Part shown: in pieces, positions 54,064 to 61,788 of the stretch
How the letters are laid out: every line of letters starts with the position of its first letter
How positions within the stretch are numbered: position 1 is the first letter of the stretch
Source: a virus
Lineage: Duplodnaviria > Caudoviricetes
Virus record (IMG/VR): IMGVR_UViG_3300028048_000080
Span: 32,001-96,000 of that record
Strand: one strand, 5' to 3'
Length of the DNA: 64,000 nt
The notes under the pieces: generated by a model
What the model was told of the DNA's origin: nothing
Databases searched by the model: none
Seen by the model: only the letters and a program-made list of their open reading frames with translations
Program-made: the position numbers and the translations under genes

Positions 54064-54203
54064 CTGTATTCTGCCGGGGGAAGTTTTTCTCCCGGATAAT
54101 GTTAAATAAATTCTACGTCGGGAAATTTTCTATTCGAGAAAGGCGCCGTCGCCGTCTGCGGGGCAGAACGGCTTCCGCCCTTCGGGCGGGGCGTATCCAT
54201 TTC

Positions 54204-54899
54204 TCATACTGAAATTCCCGAGCTGTCAATTACATCACGTAAAGTATCCGTAAGACTCTGCGTATCGTCGTCCTGGCCGGAATTCTTCTTATCCTTACGG
54301 GTAAGCATTAAGAGCTGATAAGTCTGGTCACGTTTCTTAGACACTTTCTCGTATGCTTCCCATGCTTTAGAGACGGCAGGTTGACGTACTTCATTGCCGT
54401 CCTGGTCAATGCCGATAGCCATGTCGATAACGGGAGTACCGTCTTTAGCCAGTAAAGCCTTACATCTCTCTAACATGACATCCAGCATGATAAGTTCACT
54501 CATTAGATTACGATCCGTAAAAGAAGCGTTGTCATAATCGATATCCTGCGCATAGCGCGTGGCGCGATATTGAATCTGCCCGATTTCCCATGCGCAGTAG
54601 CCACCGACCTGTGCTCTTCCGTTAGGAAGCAGGATGCACTGCTCGGCGTACGGGCATTCATCGCCTTTACATACGAGAGGTACCCGGCTATACATGCCAT
54701 TAGTCATAGCGATGCCGGCCATAGACAGGCGTACGGCATCCAACCCCTTGTAATCAAGTCCCCAAACATTCCCGCTTTTCTGCATGTTGGCGATAATCTG
54801 ATTGGTTTCCGCTTCAAGTTCTTCACGCGTAATCTCTTCAGGATCTTCGATAAGCATCGAATCGATATCTGTAGATTTCTCTTTATTTTCTTCAGCCAA
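54204..54899 (-). CDS. Putative terminase small subunit (Cys-rich)
   Basis: C-x4-C-x5-C..C cluster, helical acidic core, RQPAV and LMLTRKDK tail; located upstream of terL. Confidence 0.45.
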   Translation of the reverse strand: MAEENKEKSTDIDSMLIEDPEEITREELEAETNQIIANMQKSGNVWGLDYKGLDAVRLSMAGIAMTNGMYSRVPLVCKGDECPYAEQCILLPNGRAQVGGYCAWEIGQIQYRATRYAQDIDYDNASFTDRNLMSELIMLDVMLERCKALLAKDGTPVIDMAIGIDQDGNEVRQPAVSKAWEAYEKVSKKRDQTYQLLMLTRKDKKNSGQDDDTQSLTDTLRDVIDSSGISV

Positions 54900-55182
54900 C
54901 GTATTTCACTTCCTTTAAGTTGTCCGCCATGCCGAAAGCCTTGGCCGTAAAAGAATACAGGACGTAATCTTCTTCGGAGCCAAAAGCTTCCTGATACACG
55001 CGGATACCGCTCAATAAATAGCGTTCGTTTTCTATAGTGCTAATCTCCGGGAGATACCCCGAAGCCGTCTTAAACTGGCCTTCAATGGTCATAAGAGGCG
55101 GATTCTTCGTCGTATCGTAATCGATAGAGAACGAGAACTCGCCTTCAACCATAAAAGAGCCGTTGATGCATACCTTAGACAT
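54892..55182 (-). CDS. Hypothetical protein (96 aa)
   Basis: AAGGAG RBS, overlaps the next start. Confidence 0.6.
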   Translation of the reverse strand: MSKVCINGSFMVEGEFSFSIDYDTTKNPPLMTIEGQFKTASGYLPEISTIENERYLLSGIRVYQEAFGSEEDYVLYSFTAKAFGMADNLKEVKYVG

Positions 55183-55212
55183 TTTCTCTCCTTTTCGTAG
55201 AATACTTACCGT

Positions 55213-55422
55213 TTATCTTCTGAGATTTAGAGGATTATTCATGTTAAGAGCCGTCGAGCCTGCGACTGCTCCCATACCAGCCAATCCAGCCACGGCCACG
55301 CTCTGAGTAGCGCTATCTGCCTGATTAAAAGCCGCCTTGTATTCATGCGCCGCGCTTTTCATGATATCGGCGCCGGTTTTTCCTAACCCTGAAATCTGAT
55401 TATAAATGGAACCTATACCCAT
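55213..55422 (-). CDS. Small Gly/Ala-rich hypothetical, first gene of the late cluster
   Basis: AAGGAG RBS; VAVAGLAGMGAVAG segment. Confidence 0.55.
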   Translation of the reverse strand: MGIGSIYNQISGLGKTGADIMKSAAHEYKAAFNQADSATQSVAVAGLAGMGAVAGSTALNMNNPLNLRR

Positions 55423-55466
55423 ATCGTAAACATCTCCTTATGGAATTTAAGTTGTTCATCAAAATA

Positions 55467-55473
55467 TATTACC
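55467..55473 (-). promoter_or_regulatory. Candidate late promoter motif GGTAATA at the head of the late cluster
   Basis: 45 bp upstream of the first minus-strand gene; recurs elsewhere. Confidence 0.5.
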
Positions 55474-55721
55474 GCCGCGTATGCGGCAATAAAATATGCC
55501 CCTCATTGCCATTTTGTAGATTACTTTATATAGGCGATAAAGGGCATAAAATATATAATTTGGTGCGAATTGTCTGACAATTTCCTATAGGGCGTGAAAA
55601 ATGTAAAAAATTTTTCGGGGTACCAGGTGTAAATGGGGAAAAAGCGGGAGGCAGAAATCGAGCCCCCACCCCCAGTTTCCCGGCACAAAGGTGACCGGGA
55701 CATGATGAGGAGGAAAACATC

Positions 55722-56222
55722 ATGAAAAATATTATAAAAGCTATCGCTATTGTTATGAGCAGCTTGCTGCTCATGATTTTCTTTGCACCAGAGTGCTTGG
55801 TGCAAATGACCAAGCCCTTCATGGGCAAAAACTACCAGAATCTCGTCCTGGTAGACAGCTGGGACGAGAAAAATAATGAGGACATGTTCTACCTGTACCT
55901 TTCAAGGGACGGGAAAACTGCCCATGTGATTTTCCATGGGGGCCCCAATGGAGAAACCCATTGGGGCGATGCTCGTGGAGCAGTCGAAGAAATCTGGCTG
56001 CATCACGAGGAAGAGATGGAACACGTAGACACAGTCGTGTTCCATTGCTGCTATCCGGCAGCACAGCCTTCTCTCTTCTTCGTAAGAGGAGGAAAGGTGG
56101 CGGTAATGCGCGGGGAACGTAAGGCCTGCGCGTATTACCGCAACACACGGAGTGATGGGTTCTCCATTACTCCGGACCCGCAGAGCCTGGTAAAGGAAAC
56201 TTTACTGGGCTTTGTACACTAA
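55722..56222 (+). CDS. Secreted/membrane-anchored hypothetical protein
   Basis: GAGGAGG RBS; N-terminal signal/TM segment; IFHGG and FHCCY motifs. Confidence 0.65.
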   Translation: MKNIIKAIAIVMSSLLLMIFFAPECLVQMTKPFMGKNYQNLVLVDSWDEKNNEDMFYLYLSRDGKTAHVIFHGGPNGETHWGDARGAVEEIWLHHEEEMEHVDTVVFHCCYPAAQPSLFFVRGGKVAVMRGERKACAYYRNTRSDGFSITPDPQSLVKETLLGFVH

Positions 56223-56269
56223 AAGCCCCTGTCAGCAGGGGCTTGGCCACCAGAAAGGAAGTGACAAAG

Positions 56270-56506
56270 ATGATCTGGTTAGCAGATCAGACCGTTATTG
56301 AGGTTATGGCACGCGCGCAGAAAGCTGTCCGTAACAGCCATAGTACGGTCGAAATTGAAAAGGAGCCGTCCTCAACACTGACCAGTGTGTACCTGGTCAG
56401 AAAGGACGGTTCCCATGATCTGTACCGGCGGTTCAACACACGCCTAACCGGTGCAGAAATCGCCGCATGCATTGAGCATGCGGAAAGAAAAATTATGGGG
56501 GTATAA
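56270..56506 (+). CDS. Hypothetical early protein (78 aa)
   Basis: ATG 56270 with GAAAGGAAG RBS. Confidence 0.55.
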   Translation: MIWLADQTVIEVMARAQKAVRNSHSTVEIEKEPSSTLTSVYLVRKDGSHDLYRRFNTRLTGAEIAACIEHAERKIMGV

Positions 56507-56623
56507 CCCCTTCCTCGCCCTAGTTGACACTAGGGCATGCCGGAGAGCTGGTGCTACCAACACTGGCTCTCAAGTTTATTTGTCAACGCCCCTATAAAAG
56601 AGGGGCGAAGGAGGCTAATTACT

Positions 56624-56812
56624 ATGTTTACTGAAGTTATTATTCTGTTCGCTGTTGTTTCTATCGTTGTTGCTCCCCTGGCTATGTTTATGAGCTTCTG
56701 CGACTGGGCTCATGATAACCACCGTGTGCCATTCTTTGTGAAATTGTATCGCACATGGAGCCGCAACAAAGGCGAGCGCATTGTCGCTGACGCCAAGGAA
56801 ACCGTTCGTTAA
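56624..56812 (+). CDS. Small single-TM membrane protein (62 aa)
   Basis: AAGGAGG RBS, ATG 56624; VIILFAVVSIVVAPLAMFM. Confidence 0.6.
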   Translation: MFTEVIILFAVVSIVVAPLAMFMSFCDWAHDNHRVPFFVKLYRTWSRNKGERIVADAKETVR

Positions 56813-56934
56813 TTCTATGTCCTGTCATAAGACGTTAAACTGGGCAGCCCACTAGTAGGGGTATAAGGACTACTAGGGTCTTCAGGAAGGGCTAGGACCA
56901 ACCAAGCCCTTCACCAAAGAAAGGAGTTGGTATA

Positions 56935-57012
56935 ATGCTGAGCAAGCTCAAAGCTATCCTTGAAGTTGTCTGGCTGATAATCGAGATTACCGAGACATTC
57001 TTTAAAGACTGA
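56935..57012 (+). CDS. 25-aa hydrophobic peptide MLSKLKAILEVVWLIIEITETFFKD (type I toxin-like); not in ORF track
   Basis: AAAGGAG RBS, ATG 56935, TGA ending 57012. Confidence 0.5.
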   Translation: MLSKLKAILEVVWLIIEITETFFKD

Positions 57013-57082
57013 TTAGGAGGATAGCGTAAGACGGGGTGGAGAGGAGTGACAGCTCCTCTCTGCTCTTGTTGCTCATGCATAT

Positions 57083-57111
57083 ATTATACTCCACTTGGTT
57101 TTCTATGTCCA
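57083..57111 (-). promoter_or_regulatory. Sigma70/SigA-type promoter firing antisense toward the 25-aa ORF
   Basis: TGGACA-17 bp-TATAAT on the minus strand. Confidence 0.65.
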
Positions 57112-57138
57112 TTGTTAGTTTTTTAGGAGGCAAAGAAA

Positions 57139-59181
57139 ATGAAAAAGAATCGTTATTTAACCGACGTCAACGCTGTTGTGGAGATGGCTCGCGCCCATAA
57201 GCGCGTAGTCATTTCTAATCAGCAGGATTTTCAGGCGGTTACTCACCGTCTGACATCAAAGGCTGGTAAAATGTTCAGCGTTATGTCGCTGAATTATAAC
57301 CAGTCTACCGGTTGGTTCTCGCCGATGGCGGTGAAAGTTCCGGTTTCACTGGAAACGGCGGAGCTGGAAGGTACGGTGCGCGCCGAAAACGCGCACATCA
57401 ATAGCATCACTATGATGCCTATTGAACGATTCTCTCGGGCATACATTAATGTATGCTGCGGCGACAATCCGGACCTTTTAGACTTGCTGTTGCTCGACGG
57501 CAAGATTTATTGCGTCCTGAAAGTGGGCGCCAATGGGAAGAACGTGAAAGAATCGTTCTTCGTTCAGAGCGAAAAGGAAGGCGTTGCTCTGAATATCACC
57601 AATGGCAAGGAATGCCCGTTCACCGCCTTCGATAGGGAAGACGTACACGTACATGTGTACGGGCTTCTCGGGGTGTCTTCTCCCGGCCAGCAGAAACAGG
57701 GGGAAATCTCGCTTTATTGCGAGAATCTGGATGGTTTTGATGCCGTAGACCATCTGGACAACATGACTCACGGCATGTATCGGCTTATCGCCAAGCATTA
57801 TGCTGGGCAGCATGATAAGCTGAAAACCCTGGCACAGATTTCGACCCGTATCAGCCAGTTTAAAGCTGGCATGGTTCGGACGAAACCTATCCAGGGTATT
57901 GCCATCTCTATGTTCAAAGTCAAGGATGTCCTTGACAATGAATGGATGGATGGTCTGCAGCTGTTCTCGGCCGAAGGTGTTGCCCGCGCTTTCAGCGACG
58001 ATCAGTTTACGGTACTTCCGAGTGCCGTGGACGGAGCTGCCGCACAAGCTAGACCTCTTATCGTGAACAAAGGTTTGGGTTTGTGCATGCCGACTCAGTG
58101 CATCTTAACCATCTTAAGAGCGCTGGGGTGTGAGTTTGAATTCCTTGCTCAGGATGAACTCACGGATGAACAGTTTAAGAGCTACCAAAAGGCAGTTCTT
58201 AAAAAGTCCGGCGACTACAAGGGCAAAACGCTGGTTATTCTTCCGACTTTCAAGAAGGAAGATGGCAGCATTATGAGCGACGAAGAGAAACTCATGCATA
58301 TCGATGCGTGGGTGGATCTGAACGTACACAAAACTGTGTGCGATATTCGCCGCCCATTCACGGGATTCAATGTCATGGGCTTTGACCATGGCAAGAAAAC
58401 CGTGGAGGAGGAAGCCAATACCTCCAATCAGTTATTGGCATCTGCGCTGTACGCTGATACTCCGCGTACTCTTGAGTATATGCTCAATTGCACGAAGAAA
58501 GAGGCAGACAGCATTATGGCTAATGCCGTCCGCATGGATGGCCGGCGCCTGACAGCTAAAGACCTCTTAGGGGATTTGGCTATGGCTTCGCAGACAGCTT
58601 ATCCAGAATTTGCCGTGCGCCATTGGGCGCCGTACTTCCAGGATAATCTGAATAAGGCCCTGGAAGGATTCGGTACGCGTCTTGAGAAACTGTCAGTTTC
58701 CACTGACGGTATCTATCTTAAGATTATTCCGGATCTTAGCCATTTCTTCGGTATCAACCTTCTCCAGTACGATGCCGAAGAGGGGGTATGCGAAGTGTTA
58801 GCACCGCAGCTTTCGAAAGAAGGCAAACGGCGCGCAATCGCTATCAAATACCCGAAGATGGCGACGGACGAATTCGCCAAGATTATTCCGGTTGCTCCGG
58901 AAGACTTGGTAGAACGTGCTCGCTACCATCTGGAGAATGGGGAAATCACCGAGGAACAGTTCGATGTACTGCAGCATCTGTTCTATATGCTTCATGACGG
59001 TATCATCATGGTGCCGGCTATCGAAGAATTGAAGAATATGCTTGCGGGCATGGACTTCGATGGTGATGCGCTTGTTGCTTATTGTGATGAGACTTTGGTC
59101 GACATCATTTGGGCAATCAAACCCGTGGCAACTACTATTATGAAGGATAAAGACTTCGCCGTCTTTCAAGCTTCAAATTAA
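57139..59181 (+). CDS. YonO/QDE-1-like two-barrel RNA polymerase, N-terminal catalytic subunit
   Basis: MDGLQLFS, AQARP..NKG, KYP and LAGMDFDGD (DFDGD at 59053-59067). Confidence 0.8.
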   Translation: MKKNRYLTDVNAVVEMARAHKRVVISNQQDFQAVTHRLTSKAGKMFSVMSLNYNQSTGWFSPMAVKVPVSLETAELEGTVRAENAHINSITMMPIERFSRAYINVCCGDNPDLLDLLLLDGKIYCVLKVGANGKNVKESFFVQSEKEGVALNITNGKECPFTAFDREDVHVHVYGLLGVSSPGQQKQGEISLYCENLDGFDAVDHLDNMTHGMYRLIAKHYAGQHDKLKTLAQISTRISQFKAGMVRTKPIQGIAISMFKVKDVLDNEWMDGLQLFSAEGVARAFSDDQFTVLPSAVDGAAAQARPLIVNKGLGLCMPTQCILTILRALGCEFEFLAQDELTDEQFKSYQKAVLKKSGDYKGKTLVILPTFKKEDGSIMSDEEKLMHIDAWVDLNVHKTVCDIRRPFTGFNVMGFDHGKKTVEEEANTSNQLLASALYADTPRTLEYMLNCTKKEADSIMANAVRMDGRRLTAKDLLGDLAMASQTAYPEFAVRHWAPYFQDNLNKALEGFGTRLEKLSVSTDGIYLKIIPDLSHFFGINLLQYDAEEGVCEVLAPQLSKEGKRRAIAIKYPKMATDEFAKIIPVAPEDLVERARYHLENGEITEEQFDVLQHLFYMLHDGIIMVPAIEELKNMLAGMDFDGDALVAYCDETLVDIIWAIKPVATTIMKDKDFAVFQASN

Positions 59182-59249
59182 GTTGTCAATGCCGTATGTA
59201 CAGAAAGCCCCCGATTATGCGGGGGCTAATTGTTTAGGAGGAGTCTATT

Positions 59250-61436
59250 ATGGAAAAGAAAGTTATCAATGCCCTGAATGCTATCGTTACCGGCAAAAAC
59301 TACCCCATCGATGAACGGGTAGTTTGGACGTATTTCTATACGTACCAGAAAAAACAGATTGACCCGGTTGGGATGGTTACGAAAGATTTCTGGCCATTTC
59401 AAGCCATTATGTACGCTGTTGATATGTACAAGATGGTGCAGAGCTGGGAAGAGTCCCCGGCAAAGACGGCTTGGCTCAAAGAGTTGAGCATGTCTTTGGA
59501 CATCGCTTTTAAGTGGCTCAGAAATGAGCTGCTCGTCGGTACGGAATACACTGACAAGAAAAGCAATTACAAAGTATTCCGCGCACCCATCTCCGAGAAA
59601 GAGATGACCGGCGCTCCGAAAGTGAGCGCCATCTGCGTACGCGCTGGCCGCAAGGCCATTAACCGTGCGCGCAAAATGTTCTTTGCGCCGCTGAGCCAGC
59701 AGGAAATGGCTAAGAGCCATGAGCTTAGCGAAGAAGAACTCCTGACCTTGGATAATGTCATGGCATTCTGCAAGGTCATGGAAAAAGTGGGTCGTATGAG
59801 CCAGGAAGGCACTATCGACTCCACCAAGAGCGGTGACGCTCCGAAAATCCTGCAGTACGTCGTCAAGACGGAAGCAGGGAAGAACGGACTCCGTGAGGTA
59901 ACCCTTATGGAGGCTCTTAGCCGTGTCAGCTTGCTTAGCCGTAAATCCGAGAAGTTTGGCGTACAGCTGAACTTCGAAGCAGGCGAAGTCGAGGTTAATC
60001 ATAATAAACGTATCTCTTATCAGGAGAAGAAACGTTACGTGATTGCCGATATGTTGGATAAAATCCGCATTAACGGCCTCGACAACGCTATTCCGGCCGA
60101 TGTATCGGAGAAGGTATTCGCCGTAAAGCAGGCACTCTCCGATGAGCAGATGGCGATCTGCAGCCGTCTTGCTGAACAAGGTGTATACGCAGACGCTATT
60201 CGTGTTCTTATGAACATTTATCGCAACCTGCGTGATACCCAGAAAGCAGATATGCGTCAGGCAATCAAGGATGCCGGCAAGAATGAGGAAGCTCAGAAAG
60301 CCGGTATTGCCGTAGCCAAGGAACAGACCAAGGTAGCGTACAATGCGCTGTCCAATACGGTGCGTTCCCTGGTGAAAGGTATGAGCCATGAACAGCTCAT
60401 TCAGCTCGTACTTGGAGTAACGTTCAAGTATATGGGCAAGGACGCAAAACGTCCGAGCTCTTTCGCCGGGATTATCCTGGCCGAGGAGTTCTTCGAATAC
60501 ATCATGAGCTTGTATTCGGAAAACGAGGAATTCGCACTTACCCGCGATGAACTCGCTGCGTGCGACGCAGAGGACGGAGAAGTGGTAGAGTTTGTCGGCG
60601 GCGTAGTACCTGGTCGTGCTATCTTCTCTCAGGAGAGAAACGCTATCCCCGATGGCGTGTACACCGTTCGTAAGAATGGCAAACATGCTTGGGTAGAGGC
60701 CAGTGTACGTGATCGTATCGAAGCTCGTTTAAACGATGCTTATAATCCGGAAGAACTCATCTTCCAGACTGGTACGATTGCCACCGAGAAAGAAGCCGAT
60801 GCTCTGCTGGATGCTATTAACGGCGCCAACGAGGTAGTTCTCGCTTCTCGGATGCATAATCCGAATGGTGGCAAAGATCTCTTCGACGTAGTTTTAGCTG
60901 ACGGCAAAGCTGTCGCTCATTATCAGACCAAGGTGAAGAACATGGTCAAGAACGATAAGGGCGAATTGGTAGCCAACAAGGTCAACGGCAAAGACGATTA
61001 TACGATTTCGCAGGCTCTTCGTAAGTTCTACTCCGGTAAAACTGGCGAGGTTGCGTTCGCGCATAAGCTGTCTTTCGGCGAAGGCAATAAGACTCAGTAT
61101 GCCGTCATCGTAGTACTGAAAGGTACTAAGCAGATGCGCGCCAATGCTGTAGTTAAAGCTGCCGCCGAAGCCGTTGTTAGCGCCGATTTCGGAGTAGAGA
61201 AGAAAGCTGCTCCTAAAGCGTCCGTTAATAGCCGTCTTGCCGCTCTTAAGGCAAAGGCTGCGGACAGTGAAAAGGAAGAAGCTCCTGCTCAGCCCGAAGA
61301 AGCAGAAGAAGCTCCTCAGCTTACCTTAATGCAGCGCCTGATGGCGAAACGCAACAAGGTAGCCGAGAAGCCCGTTACTGATAAGAAGCCCAGCCGACTC
61401 GCTCGCCTGCGCAAAGCTGGTGCTGACATTCAGTAA
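59250..61436 (+). CDS. Probable second (C-terminal) subunit of the split YonO-like RNA polymerase
   Basis: PVGMVT and SQEGTIDSTKSG resemble the G.IS and AVD..KTG motifs that follow DxDGD in this family; own AGGAGG RBS. Confidence 0.6.
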   Translation: MEKKVINALNAIVTGKNYPIDERVVWTYFYTYQKKQIDPVGMVTKDFWPFQAIMYAVDMYKMVQSWEESPAKTAWLKELSMSLDIAFKWLRNELLVGTEYTDKKSNYKVFRAPISEKEMTGAPKVSAICVRAGRKAINRARKMFFAPLSQQEMAKSHELSEEELLTLDNVMAFCKVMEKVGRMSQEGTIDSTKSGDAPKILQYVVKTEAGKNGLREVTLMEALSRVSLLSRKSEKFGVQLNFEAGEVEVNHNKRISYQEKKRYVIADMLDKIRINGLDNAIPADVSEKVFAVKQALSDEQMAICSRLAEQGVYADAIRVLMNIYRNLRDTQKADMRQAIKDAGKNEEAQKAGIAVAKEQTKVAYNALSNTVRSLVKGMSHEQLIQLVLGVTFKYMGKDAKRPSSFAGIILAEEFFEYIMSLYSENEEFALTRDELAACDAEDGEVVEFVGGVVPGRAIFSQERNAIPDGVYTVRKNGKHAWVEASVRDRIEARLNDAYNPEELIFQTGTIATEKEADALLDAINGANEVVLASRMHNPNGGKDLFDVVLADGKAVAHYQTKVKNMVKNDKGELVANKVNGKDDYTISQALRKFYSGKTGEVAFAHKLSFGEGNKTQYAVIVVLKGTKQMRANAVVKAAAEAVVSADFGVEKKAAPKASVNSRLAALKAKAADSEKEEAPAQPEEAEEAPQLTLMQRLMAKRNKVAEKPVTDKKPSRLARLRKAGADIQ

Positions 61437-61512
61437 TATCATTATATGCCCTGGCAGACGGCCTGTAAATAGTCTGCCTTATTTTTATGTCTATTTTTAG
61501 GAGGTATTTTAT

Positions 61513-61770
61513 ATGCTCAAATTCGATAAAGAAGGTTCACCTATGTGGATCTGGAAATTTCGTCTCTTGATAGACGAAAAGCCTTATGAAGCGCTCATAC
61601 ATTCTTTTAGCCGAGAAGGAGCGATCAAAAGGCTTAACATAATTGCCCGCAAAGGCGAATTACATGCACATTATATCAGAGATATTCAAGATGTGCAAGT
61701 GGAAGATGATTTATATGACGATACCAATCCGGCGCACAAGGAATATCTTGTACGCTTTTTTGCTTATTGA
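61513..61770 (+). CDS. Hypothetical protein (85 aa)
   Basis: TAGGAGG RBS. Confidence 0.6.
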   Translation: MLKFDKEGSPMWIWKFRLLIDEKPYEALIHSFSREGAIKRLNIIARKGELHAHYIRDIQDVQVEDDLYDDTNPAHKEYLVRFFAY

Positions 61771-61788
61771 GATTAGGAGGAAAAGAAA

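Noticed and set aside
56892-57080. 62-aa minus-strand ORF behind the antisense promoter
   Set aside because: Its ATG is only 2 bp from the -10 box, i.e. upstream of the expected TSS, and it has no RBS; a non-coding RNA is more likely.
59182-59249. RNAP split as sequencing error, intron or frameshift
   Set aside because: The spacer has a clean stop, a hairpin and a strong RBS, and is too short for a self-splicing intron.
59226-60686. 486-aa minus-strand ORF
   Set aside because: Shadow of the 728-aa plus-strand gene, which has an RBS and family motifs.
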